In this document: piece by piece, positions 18,946 through 29,285 of the stretch
Numbering within the stretch: position 1 is the stretch's first letter
How the letters are laid out: each line of letters starts with the position of its first letter
Origin: Candidatus Latescibacterota bacterium
GTDB lineage: Bacteria > Latescibacterota > UBA2968 > UBA8231
DNA length: 64,000 nucleotides
NCBI GenBank assembly: GCA_965215195.1
Contig: CBDCDC010000002.1
Location: 4,544,001-4,608,000, forward strand
Reading direction: 5' to 3'
Made by a program: the position numbers and the translations under genes
Notes under the pieces: model-generated
Databases searched by the model: none
What the model saw: the letters and a program-made list of their open reading frames with translations, nothing else
Told to the model about the DNA's origin: nothing

Positions 18946-20169
18946 ATGGGCAAACACAGCGGCGGCAATGCCCACGAGGGCCTGCTGCGCAGCTTGCGGC
19001 TCGCGGTTTGGCGGCACAGAGAACCAGAGGGCGAATTCGTGGTCCTATCGCAGATTCGCCAGACCTTGGACCACGCCGGGATCGCCTACGACGGTTGCCG
19101 ATTGTACCGGGTGCAAGTCGCCAACGGCGAGTGCAAGATGCGCGTCCATCCCCTGACGCCCGACGGGCACTGGTCCCCGCTAACGGAAGGGCAGCAGTGG
19201 GTGCTGGCGGCGTGGAAATCAGCCGCGACCTCCTATCGAGCGCCGAGCCGCCGCGGGGAATGCCACTGGCTGGCCCGGCAGATGCGTTGCCATGTCAAAG
19301 CCATACTCGAAACGACCTTTGACCAAGGCGTCCTAGCGGTTTATCGCAAAGAGGCCATCGCCTGTAGCAACGCGGACGTGGGCTTGTTCAAGGGCTTGAG
19401 CGAGGTCCTCAGCGGGCTGTACTACCGACGAGAAGACCTGTCGCAATTGCAGGCCAAAGAAGCGCAGCTACGCCAAGCGCAGAAGTTGCAAGTGATGGGG
19501 CAATTGACGGCCGAGTTTGCAGGCGAAATCAACAAACACTTAGAGGTGATCATCGGCGAGACCCGCCGGCTGCTCAAAGAGAACTTAGCGCCCGCCATCG
19601 GCGATGGCGTACAAGCCGTGTACGAGGCCGGCCTCCAAGCGCGCAGCACCAGCGAGCGGCTGTTGGCGTGTGTGCGCCGGCAGCCGGCGCAAAAGGAATG
19701 GGTCAACTTCACCCGCCTCGTGCAGGAGACGGTCCTGCTGATGCGCCGGACGCTCCTGCAAGACCAGATCGAAATCGCCGAGGACCTAGCCCCGAACCTG
19801 CCCTACATCAAGGCTCATGCCGGCCAGCTCCAACAGGTCGTCCTCAACCTCATCCAAAATAGCCGCGACGCCATAAAGCAGGCGCGAGGCGCGGGGCGGA
19901 TCGCGCTGCGGCTATCGACCCGCCAAGGCTGGATCGTGCTGGCGATCGAGGATAATGGGCCGGGCATTCCCGAGAAAATCCGCGCCGATATTTTCGCGCC
20001 GTTCTTCACGACCAAGGCGTCGAGCCAGCACAGCGGATTGGGGTTGAGCATATGCGCCGGCATTGCCCGCGACCACCACGGCCGCCTACTCGTCGAAGAC
20101 TGCGCCCAAGGGGCCTGCGTGGCCTTGGAACTGCCCATCAATCCGCAGGCCTCATTAGTAGATAACTGA
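18946..20169 (+). CDS. Orphan histidine kinase-like protein with a degenerate H-box
   Basis: N, G1 (DNGPGI), F (FFTTK) and G2 (GLGLS) boxes present; H-box reads AGEINKHL. Confidence 0.8.
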   Translation: MGKHSGGNAHEGLLRSLRLAVWRHREPEGEFVVLSQIRQTLDHAGIAYDGCRLYRVQVANGECKMRVHPLTPDGHWSPLTEGQQWVLAAWKSAATSYRAPSRRGECHWLARQMRCHVKAILETTFDQGVLAVYRKEAIACSNADVGLFKGLSEVLSGLYYRREDLSQLQAKEAQLRQAQKLQVMGQLTAEFAGEINKHLEVIIGETRRLLKENLAPAIGDGVQAVYEAGLQARSTSERLLACVRRQPAQKEWVNFTRLVQETVLLMRRTLLQDQIEIAEDLAPNLPYIKAHAGQLQQVVLNLIQNSRDAIKQARGAGRIALRLSTRQGWIVLAIEDNGPGIPEKIRADIFAPFFTTKASSQHSGLGLSICAGIARDHHGRLLVEDCAQGACVALELPINPQASLVDN

Positions 20170-20225
20170 CCTTGTTGCCACAGACGCGCTCCTATATGTT
20201 CAGGCCCGCAGCGCACAACGCGGAG

Positions 20226-20720
20226 ATGAAGCGCATGGTCATCGTACTAATGGGCGTAACGGGTAGCGGTAAGACGACGGTGGGCGAGCAACTCGCCCAC
20301 CAGCTCGGATGGGCTTATTACGACGCGGACGATTTCCACCCGCAAGCCAACGTGCGCAAAATGGCCAGCGGTACGCCGCTTACCGACGAGGACCGCTGGC
20401 CCTGGCTGGAGATCCTCTCTGCGGCCATCGGCCAGTGGCTTGGTGCCGAGCAAGGGGCGATACTCGGCTGCTCCGCGCTCAAACAGCGCTACCGCGACAT
20501 CTTGGTCCGCGGGCGGCCCAACGTGCAGATCGTCCATCTCCAAGGCCCGAAGGCCCTCATCGCCCAGCGGCTCGCGACGCGGCAGCATCGCTACATGCCG
20601 GCCAGCCTGCTCGACAGCCAGTTTGCAACCCTCGAAGAGCCGCGCGACGCCCTGAGCGTGGACATCGGCCCGCCGCCCGCCGCCATTGCCGCGACCATCC
20701 GCACGGCCTTGCAACTTTGA
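20226..20720 (+). CDS. gntK: Gluconokinase
   Basis: MGVTGSGKTT, DADDFHP, PLTDEDRWPWL, LLDSQFATLE. Confidence 0.9.
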   Translation: MKRMVIVLMGVTGSGKTTVGEQLAHQLGWAYYDADDFHPQANVRKMASGTPLTDEDRWPWLEILSAAIGQWLGAEQGAILGCSALKQRYRDILVRGRPNVQIVHLQGPKALIAQRLATRQHRYMPASLLDSQFATLEEPRDALSVDIGPPPAAIAATIRTALQL

Positions 20721-20727
20721 GACAGCG

Positions 20728-22416
20728 TCATCCCAAGTACACAAACAAGTACACCGCCAAGAAAATCGCCACCAACAGCACGCTGCTACTGATGGGCCAC
20801 GCCCGCGCAAAGACGCCGGTCGGGCCGTGGTACTGGCGCACCTGTTCCACTAGCGAGAAGACCAGTCGCTTGCCCCAAGCGATCAGTCCATCCCGCAGCG
20901 GCGCACCCACCTGTACGCACAGCCGCACTGCGCTTGGCAGCAGCTTGCGATAGGTCCAGTCCACGTCGATATTGGCCGATCGCAGCTCCGGCGGGTACAG
21001 GCCCGTCAGCTTGAGCGCGACAAAGGCCAGCGCCGAAAAGAACAAAAGCTGGAGTTGTAAGACGATGTGGGTCGCATCATACGGATCGTACTCAACTGGA
21101 TAGGGCAGGAGCTTGTACAGATAGTGCGGGAACAAGCCAATGCCTATGCACAGGGCCGCCCCAATCCCCATTGCCAAGAGCATGTTGCGCGGTGCTTCGC
21201 GGCAGCGGATCCCGGCGTCGTGGGCGAAGAAGGCAAAGAAGGGAATTTTGATGCCGGCGTGGTGGAAGACGCCGGCCGAGGCAAACAGCAGCAGCAGCCA
21301 CACCGCGAGGTGGCCCTCGTTGGTTGCGGCCTGCATGACCATGGACTTGCTGACAAAGCCGCTAAAGAGCGGGAAGGCCGAAATCGACGCGGCCCCGACC
21401 ATGCAGCAGCCGCAGGTCCAAGGCATGGATTTGTACAGGCCCCCGAGATCTGAGCCGTTGATTCGGCCGGTGCGGTAGAGCACGGCCCCCATCGACATGA
21501 ACAGGAGGGACTTGTAGAGGATATGGGCAAAGGCGTGGGCCACTGCGCCGTTGACGCCCATGCCCGGTCCCAAGCCGACGCCAACGACCATAAAGCCGAT
21601 CTGGTTGATCAGGCTGTAGCTCAACACGCGGCGCAGGTCGTTTTCAATGACTGCGTAGAAGATGGGAAACATCGCCATGGCTGCGCCGATGTAGAGCAGG
21701 CATTCGGTGCCGGCAAAGCTACGCGCCAACACATAGACGGCGGTCTTGGTGCTAAAGGAGCTCAAAAAGACCGCGCCGGTAGGCGTGGACTCTGGGTAGG
21801 CATCCACCAGCCACGAGTGCAGGAGTGGGAAGGCGCATTTAATGCCAACGCCGAGGAAAATGAGCCGCGTGGCCCAGCTATCAATGCCCAGATGACCCAG
21901 CGCCAGCGAGCCGGTCTGCTGGTAGTGCCACGCCGCGCCGACCAAGAGCAGCAAGCCGGAGCTGATGTGGATCAGCAGGTAGCGCGTGCCCGCGGCAATG
22001 GCCCTTTCGCTTTGGCTGGCCCAGATCTGGAAGACCGAGGTAATCGCCAACAGCTCCCAAAAGATGAAGAGCGCGATGAGATCGCCGGCAAAGACCGCGC
22101 CCACGGCTGCGCCCGCGTACAGGAAGCCGGTCGCCTGTTGCAGGCGGTCGCGCAGGTGCAGGGAGAACAGCGCGGCGAGGAAGGCGGCCATGTGAAAGAG
22201 ATAGCCAAAGAGCAGGCTGAGTTGGTCGACGCGCACCCAGTGCAGCTCGTATCCGGCTAGGGCGCCGACTTGGCTGTCGCCTAGCTGGTAGCCGAGGAGA
22301 TTGTAAAATCCAGCCAGCGGCAAGAGGACCAGTGCCACCCGCCGCGCGGCCAGCGGCAAGACGGGCAACAGCAGCCCGCCGAACAGCAGGAAGGCCGCTG
22401 GGTGAAGGCTAGTCAT
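20728..22416 (-). CDS. Mrp Na+/H+ antiporter subunit, MrpD-family
   Basis: PLLHSWLVDAYPE, RRVLSYS; last gene of the mrp operon. Confidence 0.85.
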   Translation of the reverse strand: MTSLHPAAFLLFGGLLLPVLPLAARRVALVLLPLAGFYNLLGYQLGDSQVGALAGYELHWVRVDQLSLLFGYLFHMAAFLAALFSLHLRDRLQQATGFLYAGAAVGAVFAGDLIALFIFWELLAITSVFQIWASQSERAIAAGTRYLLIHISSGLLLLVGAAWHYQQTGSLALGHLGIDSWATRLIFLGVGIKCAFPLLHSWLVDAYPESTPTGAVFLSSFSTKTAVYVLARSFAGTECLLYIGAAMAMFPIFYAVIENDLRRVLSYSLINQIGFMVVGVGLGPGMGVNGAVAHAFAHILYKSLLFMSMGAVLYRTGRINGSDLGGLYKSMPWTCGCCMVGAASISAFPLFSGFVSKSMVMQAATNEGHLAVWLLLLFASAGVFHHAGIKIPFFAFFAHDAGIRCREAPRNMLLAMGIGAALCIGIGLFPHYLYKLLPYPVEYDPYDATHIVLQLQLLFFSALAFVALKLTGLYPPELRSANIDVDWTYRKLLPSAVRLCVQVGAPLRDGLIAWGKRLVFSLVEQVRQYHGPTGVFARAWPISSSVLLVAIFLAVYLFVYLG

Positions 22417-22669
22417 AGTAATCCTCGCGGCGCATCAGCACCTTGCGCAGTTGGGTGGCCGTCAAGACCAAGAGGACGCAGGCGACAAACCCGTATATCG
22501 CGTAAAAGCCGAACCAGCCCTCGACCGGGAAGACGCCCTCGGCAAAGCTCAAGTGCCGGTGGACGAGCCGGTCCAAGCCCAAGAGCACGGCGCAGAGAGC
22601 AAAGAAGATCCATAGCAGGCGGTGGACGTTCCGCGGCTGATCGAATAGATGCTTTTTCTTTGCGGCCAT
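22409..22669 (-). CDS. Small membrane protein within the mrp operon
   Basis: GFYAIYGFVACV..LMRREDYY; overlaps the next gene. Confidence 0.75.
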   Translation of the reverse strand: MAAKKKHLFDQPRNVHRLLWIFFALCAVLLGLDRLVHRHLSFAEGVFPVEGWFGFYAIYGFVACVLLVLTATQLRKVLMRREDYYD

Positions 22670-22673
22670 GGCT

Positions 22674-24128
22674 TTACCTTCCGATCTGGCGGCAGAGGTC
22701 GAGGAGAGGGTCCGGGTAGAGGAAGAGCACCAGTCCGCCCAGGGCCGTGCAAATCAGCGGCAGGACGCAGGCCAGCGGGGCTTCTTGTACGCGGCTTTCT
22801 TCGGCGGGTGCTGGGTAGAAGAAGGCGTTGACCGCCACTGGCAACAGGTAGGCGATGTTGAGCAGCGGGCTTATCAAGAGGACGCCAACGGCCGCGTACT
22901 GCTCGGCGTCCAGCCCGGCGAGGATGAGATACCACTTGCTCCAAGCCCCTCCCAGCGGCGGCAAGCCGATGATGCTGAGCGAGCCGACGAGAAAGGCCCC
23001 CATCGTCCACGGCATTTGCCGGCCAATGCCCTTCATCTCGCTGATCTCGGTCTTGTGCAAGGCGACCGCAATGGCCCCGGCGCAGAAGAAGAGAGTGATT
23101 TTGCCAAAGGCGTGCATGGCGATGTGCAGGCTGCCGCCGAGGACGCCCCAGCTATTGGCGAGGGCCGCGCCGAGCACGATGTAGGAGAGCTGACTGACCG
23201 TGGAATACGCCAAGCGGGCCTTGAGGTTGTCCTTGGTCATGGCCACCAGCGAGCCAATGAGAATTGTGGCGCAGGCCGCGTAGGCCAGATACGTGCCCAA
23301 GCCCGTGTCGGCGAGCAGGTCTATGCCGAAGATATAGACGACGACCTTTAATACGGTGAAGACGCCGGCCTTGACCACGGCCACCGCGTGCAGCAGAGCG
23401 CTAACTGGAGCCGGGGCCACCATGGCCGCGGGGAGCCAGCGGTGAAAGGGCATGAGCGCGGCCTTGCCCGTGCCAAAGGCGTAGAGAAAGAGCAGGACGC
23501 CGAGGATCCAAGTCGGGGCCTTGCCGGCGAGGATGCCGCCGGAGACGAAGTCAAGAGTCCCGGCGATGTAGTAGGTAGCGACCACGCCTGTGAGCAGGAA
23601 GCCGATCGAGGTCGCCAGCAGGATGCCCAGATAGACGCGCCCCCCGGCTTTGGCCTCCGCGCTGCGGTGGTGAGTGACCAGCGGATAGGTCGACAGCGTC
23701 AGGGCCTCATAGCAAAAAAACAGCGTCAGCATGTTGCCGGCCAAGGCCGCGCCCAAGGCCGCAGCGATCGCCAAGGCAAAGAAGGCGAAAAAGCGGGTCT
23801 GGTTTTCCTCGTGGTGGCCCCGCATGTAGCCGATGGAGTACACAGAGGTCGCCATCCACAGCCCAGCCGCGATCAGCGCAAAGAGCATGCCGAGCGGCTC
23901 AACCTCAAAGGCGAGGGACAGACCCGGGAAGACCTCTATTAGATGAACGGCCGGTCGTTCTCCTGCGGCGACTTTGGGCACTAGGGTGCAGACTGCGGCA
24001 AAGGTGCCCAGCCCGGCGAGCAGGGTCGCGGCCTCGCGCAGGTTGGGTCGGCGGCCCAAAAGGGCGATTAGTGGCGCGGCCCCCAAGGGCAGGAGCACGG
24101 CCGCGGCCATGGCAGCGGGGGCACTCAT
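22674..24128 (-). CDS. Mrp antiporter subunit, MrpD-family
   Basis: MPFHRWLPAAM, LAYSTVSQ. Confidence 0.85.
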   Translation of the reverse strand: MSAPAAMAAAVLLPLGAAPLIALLGRRPNLREAATLLAGLGTFAAVCTLVPKVAAGERPAVHLIEVFPGLSLAFEVEPLGMLFALIAAGLWMATSVYSIGYMRGHHEENQTRFFAFFALAIAAALGAALAGNMLTLFFCYEALTLSTYPLVTHHRSAEAKAGGRVYLGILLATSIGFLLTGVVATYYIAGTLDFVSGGILAGKAPTWILGVLLFLYAFGTGKAALMPFHRWLPAAMVAPAPVSALLHAVAVVKAGVFTVLKVVVYIFGIDLLADTGLGTYLAYAACATILIGSLVAMTKDNLKARLAYSTVSQLSYIVLGAALANSWGVLGGSLHIAMHAFGKITLFFCAGAIAVALHKTEISEMKGIGRQMPWTMGAFLVGSLSIIGLPPLGGAWSKWYLILAGLDAEQYAAVGVLLISPLLNIAYLLPVAVNAFFYPAPAEESRVQEAPLACVLPLICTALGGLVLFLYPDPLLDLCRQIGR

Positions 24129-25606
24129 GGCGCACCACCTAAGAGCCAGTGCGCGGCCTTGCGGGCGATCCCAGCCGTCAGGGAGGTCTGCACCCCGAAG
24201 CCGATGGTAAGGGCGATGAGCAGCCAAACGGGGATCTGCATGGAGAGGGGGGCTTCGGCCACGGGCGCGGCTTCTTCGGGCACCGGGCGGAAATAGGCGA
24301 CCTCGACAAAGCGCCAGATATAGACCAGCGCCAGCAGCGAGCTGACCACCACTAGCGCGGCCACCGGCCACCAGCCGCGCTCCAGCGCACCCAAGATCAA
24401 GTACCACTTGCTGATAAAACCCACGGTAAACGGCATGCCGACTAGCCCCAAGCCGGCGAGGACAAAGGCACACGAAGTCAGGGGCAGGCGCTTGCCCAGC
24501 CCGCTGAGATCGGCCAATTGCACGGAATGGACGCGGAGGAAGATGCAGCCGGCCGCGAGGAAGAGGGCCGCCTTCATCAGCGCGTGATTGAAGAGGTGAA
24601 CGATGCCGGCCGTTAGCCCAGTGGCCGAGCCTAAGCTAATGCCGAGCATCACATAGCCGATCTGCGCTGCGCTCGAATAGGCCAAAAGCCGCTTGAGATC
24701 GGCTTGGTACATGGCCACGGCCGAGGCGATGAAAATGCCCAGCAGCACCAGCGGCAAGAGCAAGACATCGAGGTGCATGGTGCCAAAGGCGAAGTCCGCG
24801 CCAAAGATCGTAAAGACAAAGCGCAGGAAGGCGTACACTGCGATCTTAGTCCCGGTCGCTGCGATAAAGGCCGTAACGGCCGAAGGGGCATAGGTGTAGG
24901 CGTTGGGCAACCAGATATGCAGCGGGAAAAGCGCCATCTTGAGGGTGAAGCCAACGCTTATAAAGGCAAAGGCCGCGTGGATGGTGCGGGTGTGGGAAAC
25001 GGCTGCGACCCGCACGGCGAGATCGGCCATGTTGAGCGTACCGGTCATCACGTACATCAGGCCGATGCCGATCAGGATAAAGGTCGCCCCGATCGTGCCC
25101 AAGACTAGGTAGTTATAGGTCGCCATAAGGGCGCGGCGATCTCGGCCGAGACTAATCAGCCCATACGCCGAAAGCGACGAGATCTCCATAAACACAAAGA
25201 CGTTAAACGCGTCGCCAGTAATGGCAATGCCCAGCAGGCCAGCGAGACAAAGCAGAAAGATCGCGCAGAAATACGGGCGGCGCTCGGCTTCGACTTCGTG
25301 CGCGGCACTCGCCGGCGCGTAGGTCAGGACCACGGCGCCGATCAGCGCCACTAGTAGAATCAAATACGCATTGAGGACATCTACCCGGTACTCGATGCCC
25401 CAAGGCGCGTTCCAGCCGCCCAAGGCATAGGAGATGGGGCCGTAGGAGAGCACTTGCTGCAACAGCAGCACGGCCAGTGCGAGGGTGCCCCAGCCGACAG
25501 CCACGACAAACGGCCACAGCAAGGGCCGCGGGCGCAGCAACGCGCAGAGTGGTGCTGCGACCAGCGGCAAGACGATCTGCAAGGCGGGTAGATGGGCGGC
25601 GATCAC
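24125..25606 (-). CDS. mrpD: Mrp antiporter subunit D
   Basis: GDAFNVFVFME, PLHIWLPNAY; GTG start overlaps the mrpC stop. Confidence 0.85.
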   Translation of the reverse strand: MIAAHLPALQIVLPLVAAPLCALLRPRPLLWPFVVAVGWGTLALAVLLLQQVLSYGPISYALGGWNAPWGIEYRVDVLNAYLILLVALIGAVVLTYAPASAAHEVEAERRPYFCAIFLLCLAGLLGIAITGDAFNVFVFMEISSLSAYGLISLGRDRRALMATYNYLVLGTIGATFILIGIGLMYVMTGTLNMADLAVRVAAVSHTRTIHAAFAFISVGFTLKMALFPLHIWLPNAYTYAPSAVTAFIAATGTKIAVYAFLRFVFTIFGADFAFGTMHLDVLLLPLVLLGIFIASAVAMYQADLKRLLAYSSAAQIGYVMLGISLGSATGLTAGIVHLFNHALMKAALFLAAGCIFLRVHSVQLADLSGLGKRLPLTSCAFVLAGLGLVGMPFTVGFISKWYLILGALERGWWPVAALVVVSSLLALVYIWRFVEVAYFRPVPEEAAPVAEAPLSMQIPVWLLIALTIGFGVQTSLTAGIARKAAHWLLGGAP

Positions 25607-25959
25607 GGCCCCTCTTCCCGGCGTTGGATCTCGTCTTCTTCGATGGTCCCGTAGGCCGAGCGGATGCGCACCACTAGTGCTAATCCCACAGCGGTGGTGG
25701 CGATGCCTACTACAATGGCGGTGAGGATGAGGACGTGGGGCAGAGGGTTGGAGTACGTCGTCACCCCTTCGGCGACGATGGGCGCGGTCCCCCCCTCGAC
25801 TTTGCCCATGCTGATGTAGAGCAAAAAGACCGAGGTCTGGAAGATATTGAGGCCGACCAGCTTCCTGATCAGGTTGCCGCGGGCGATGACGTTGTAGAAG
25901 CCGGCCATCATCAGGAAAATGACGATCCAGTAGTTGTACAGACCGAGGAACGAACTCAT
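25603..25959 (-). CDS. mrpC: Mrp antiporter subunit C
   Basis: NPLPHVLILTAIVVG. Confidence 0.92.
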   Translation of the reverse strand: MSSFLGLYNYWIVIFLMMAGFYNVIARGNLIRKLVGLNIFQTSVFLLYISMGKVEGGTAPIVAEGVTTYSNPLPHVLILTAIVVGIATTAVGLALVVRIRSAYGTIEEDEIQRREEGP

Positions 25960-26927
25960 GGTCGCCCTCGGCTGGCGAAGTAGTAGAAAATGTTAATGAC
26001 GACTGCGGCAACGGTGATGCCGACCCCGAGTTCAATCAGCAAAATGCCGTAGTGCTCGCCGCGAGTAGGCTCGCTGGCCAGCACCTTGTATTCGAGGAAA
26101 TTGCCTCCGGCCAAGACGCAGGCCAAGCCCGTGCCGATGTACAGCAGGAGCCCCAAGGCGAAAAAGACTTGAACGCGGCCTGGTGGGGCCACTCGGCGCG
26201 CTTCCGCGACCCCGTAGATCAAGGCGTAGAGAATAAAGGCCGCGGCAAAGAGTACGCCCGCCTGGAACCCGCCACCCGGGCCAAAGTCGCCGTGGAACTG
26301 CACGTAGAGCCCAAAGAGCAGGATCAGGGGGATGAAGAACTTGGAGACGACGCGGAGGATCATGGCGTGCCGCATCGCTTGGTCGGCAGCCGCGTCCAGC
26401 CTAGTGCCGCTGCCGCGCAAAAGCAGGAGCACTGCTAGCCCGGCCGTAAAAATCACCGTCACCTCGCCCAAGGTGTCGTAGCCGCGGTAGCTGGCCAGCA
26501 CCGAGGTGACCATGTTGGGAATGCCGATTTCCGCGGGGGACTCGGCAATATAGCGAGGGGCCACGTGCTGGTGGATCGGAGCGTTGGGGTCGCCCAAGTG
26601 CGGCATGTCCAGCGTACCGTAGATGAGCGCACCGCCGGTCAGGAGGCAGACCGAGAGGCCGCTCCAAGAGTGTTGGGGTTGGGTCTTTTCTCTAGGCCCG
26701 GTTGAGGAGAGCGCGGCGAGGAAGAGGACCGTCGCTAAGCCAGCGCCCACGGCCGCTTCGGTGAAGGCCACATCGACCGCGTCGAGCGTGGTGAAGATAC
26801 AAGCCGAGAGCAGGCTGAAGATGCCGGTGAGCACTACCGCGGCAAAAAGGTCCCGCACTTGGATAATGGCCACGGCGACAATGGCGAGGAACGTCATCAG
26901 CGCGATGTCAACCAGCGCGATCGTCAC
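25956..26927 (-). CDS. mrpB: Mrp antiporter subunit B (DUF4040 + MnhB)
   Basis: DVAFTEAAVG, YRGYDTLGE, PGGGFQAG. Confidence 0.88.
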   Translation of the reverse strand: MTIALVDIALMTFLAIVAVAIIQVRDLFAAVVLTGIFSLLSACIFTTLDAVDVAFTEAAVGAGLATVLFLAALSSTGPREKTQPQHSWSGLSVCLLTGGALIYGTLDMPHLGDPNAPIHQHVAPRYIAESPAEIGIPNMVTSVLASYRGYDTLGEVTVIFTAGLAVLLLLRGSGTRLDAAADQAMRHAMILRVVSKFFIPLILLFGLYVQFHGDFGPGGGFQAGVLFAAAFILYALIYGVAEARRVAPPGRVQVFFALGLLLYIGTGLACVLAGGNFLEYKVLASEPTRGEHYGILLIELGVGITVAAVVINIFYYFASRGRP

Positions 26928-27238
26928 TGCTCTTCCCCAGTGCCTTGGGGCGCGAGTCCACTGTGCCGCGCCGCGCGGGCGATGGCGTGGGTGGCGACGG
27001 AACTGGCCAGCAGCAAGAACAGCGCGATCATCACCAGCTTGACGGTTGCCAGCGACAGGCCGCTCTGGAACACAAGCCCCAAGAGGACCAGACCCGCGCC
27101 CAGCGTATCGGTGACACCGCCGCCGTGCATGCGGCTGTAGAAGTCGGGCAGCCGCAGGAGGCCCAAGCCGCCGACAAAGCAAAAGCCGGCCCCCAACAAC
27201 AAACAGGCCCAGCTAGCGTAGTAGAGCAGTGCTTCCAT
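26924..27238 (-). CDS. mrpG: Mrp antiporter subunit G
   Basis: GLLRLPDFYSRMH. Confidence 0.9.
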   Translation of the reverse strand: MEALLYYASWACLLLGAGFCFVGGLGLLRLPDFYSRMHGGGVTDTLGAGLVLLGLVFQSGLSLATVKLVMIALFLLLASSVATHAIARAARHSGLAPQGTGEEQ

Positions 27239-27504
27239 CAGGCGTGGGCCTCCTCCTCGCCAGCGGTCGAGACGTATTTGAGGATGGCGATGGTGCCGAT
27301 GAAATTGATTAGCGCATAAACCAGCCCCAAGTCGAGAAAGTCGGGCCGGCCGGTCAAAAAGCCGATGACCGACAAAAGCAGCACGGTCTTGGTGCCGAAC
27401 ATATTGACGGCGAGTACGCGGTCGTACACGGTGGGGCCCTTCAGGGCGCGGACCAAGGCCAGCAGCATGGTGGCCAGCACCCCGATCATGGCGGCGGCAA
27501 ACAC
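27238..27504 (-). CDS. mrpF: Mrp antiporter subunit F
   Basis: GPTVYDRVLA. Confidence 0.9.
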   Translation of the reverse strand: MFAAAMIGVLATMLLALVRALKGPTVYDRVLAVNMFGTKTVLLLSVIGFLTGRPDFLDLGLVYALINFIGTIAILKYVSTAGEEEAHA

Positions 27505-27992
27505 TAGCGTTCCCCCTCCAAGTCGGTTACGCGGCCGTCCATGACTCCAGAGCGCACGTCCTCGGCGGCTTCGCGGGTCAGGGCGTGGACATCAATGGTG
27601 CCTTCGTCGGTCTCAACGGCGACCGTGCCCGGGGTCAGGGTGATGGAGTTGGCGTAAATGACTTGCCCCAAGTGGGTTTTTTGGCTTGCCGCGACTTGGA
27701 TCACGCGGGGCGACAGCGGCAGCCGAGGATGCGCGATTCGCCGCACGACATCGATATTGGCTTTGACTATTGCCCAGAAGATCCAAGGCATATAGCGCAG
27801 CAGGCCGGGGATCAGGTGGATGGGGTGCCCTTCGGGATCGACGATCTGCATGCGGCGGCAGACAGCGACGACCAGCAGGCACGAGAGTGCGCCCAAGCCC
27901 AAGAGCAGGCCCGTGTAAATGCCCGACAAAAGCAGCCAAGTCAAAAACAGCAGGACGAAAAGGCTGAGCGTTCTGTGTGGCGCGTTTGGCAA
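27504..27992 (-). CDS. mrpE: Mrp antiporter subunit E
   Basis: ANSITLTPGT. Confidence 0.92.
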   Translation of the reverse strand: MPNAPHRTLSLFVLLFLTWLLLSGIYTGLLLGLGALSCLLVVAVCRRMQIVDPEGHPIHLIPGLLRYMPWIFWAIVKANIDVVRRIAHPRLPLSPRVIQVAASQKTHLGQVIYANSITLTPGTVAVETDEGTIDVHALTREAAEDVRSGVMDGRVTDLEGER

Positions 27993-28385
27993 AGTAGGAC
28001 CTCAATTCTCCTTGCAATGAGCGGTCATAATTTCTGCAATTGCGGGTTGGGATGCAACCAAGCGGCTAGATCTTGGCGGCCAGCAGCGAGCCAGAGCTCG
28101 CTGATCCGCACTTACGGTCACCCTCGCCGGGACGTATATTGTTGCGTTGCGCCCGGGGTATCCGCCGCGCAACGCAGACGCGTCGTTTAGCGGTTGATCG
28201 CCTTATCCCATCGGCGCCCTCTGCGGATCGGGTTATTCCCCGGGCGACCGGAAAGTGCGTAACGTCAATTACATCACAGAATAGGCGCTTGCAGGGCGCA
28301 GGCTTTTAGGCAATCGCCGCGCCTTTAGCGCGAAACCTCACGAGGCTTGCGCCTTCAGGCAGGACAATAGTCAGGAGAAAGGACC

Positions 28386-29261
28386 ATGCTAACTCGAGAA
28401 CAGATCGCCAGCTACCACGAAAAGGGCTACCTCGGCGTTGAGGGGGTCTTGGCCCCCGCAGAAGTACGGGCGCTGCGGCAGGTCACCGACGAGTTCGTGG
28501 AGCAGTCGCGGGCCGCGGCCGAAAGCAATACCGTATTCGACTTGGAGCCGGGGCACGCACCCCACAGCCCCAAGCTGCGGCGGCTCAAAAGCCCGGTCGC
28601 CCAGCACGAGCTCTATCGCAGCACCCTGCACCACGAGCGGATTCTGGATATTGTCGCCCAGTTAATCGGCCGGCGAATCCGCACCAACGGCGACAAGCTC
28701 AACATGAAATCCGGCGGCTTTGGCAGCCCGGTGGAGTGGCATCAGGACTGGGCTTTTTATCCGCACACCAACGACGACCTCCTCGCCGTGGGGGTGTGCA
28801 TCGACGATATGAACGAGACCAACGGCTGCTTGCTGGTCATCCCGCGGTCGCACAAGGGGCCGATTTACAACCACCACCTCGACGGCCATTTCGCCGGTGC
28901 GGTGACCGCGACGGATTTTGACGACTCTGCGGCCGAAAAGGTCGAGCTAAAAGCCGGCGGCATTTCCATCCACCACGTCCGCGCCCTGCACGGCTCCCTG
29001 CCCAACTCCTCGCCCCATCCGCGCCGGCTCCTGCTCTTGCAGTACTGCGCCGGCGATTCCTGGCCCCTCGTGCCGGCGACCGACTGGGAGGGCTATTGCC
29101 GCAGCTTTGTGCGCGGCGAGCCGAGCCGGCACATCCGCGTCGCCGATGTGCCCGTGAGTATGCCGATGCCCGGGGCCAAGGTCGGCGGCTCCATCTACGC
29201 TACCCAGACCGTATTGCGCCACTCGACCTTTGGCGCGGTGGCAGCCGCAAAATCCGCCTAA
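28386..29261 (+). CDS. Phytanoyl-CoA dioxygenase family protein
   Basis: WHQD, NGCLLVIPRSH, LHGS.PN. Confidence 0.9.
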   Translation: MLTREQIASYHEKGYLGVEGVLAPAEVRALRQVTDEFVEQSRAAAESNTVFDLEPGHAPHSPKLRRLKSPVAQHELYRSTLHHERILDIVAQLIGRRIRTNGDKLNMKSGGFGSPVEWHQDWAFYPHTNDDLLAVGVCIDDMNETNGCLLVIPRSHKGPIYNHHLDGHFAGAVTATDFDDSAAEKVELKAGGISIHHVRALHGSLPNSSPHPRRLLLLQYCAGDSWPLVPATDWEGYCRSFVRGEPSRHIRVADVPVSMPMPGAKVGGSIYATQTVLRHSTFGAVAAAKSA

Positions 29262-29285
29262 CTCTTCGCCCTGTGCGCTGCGCTC

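Noticed and set aside
20728-27992. Mrp operon with three MrpD-family subunits and no full MrpA
   Set aside because: A known operon variant; not novel.
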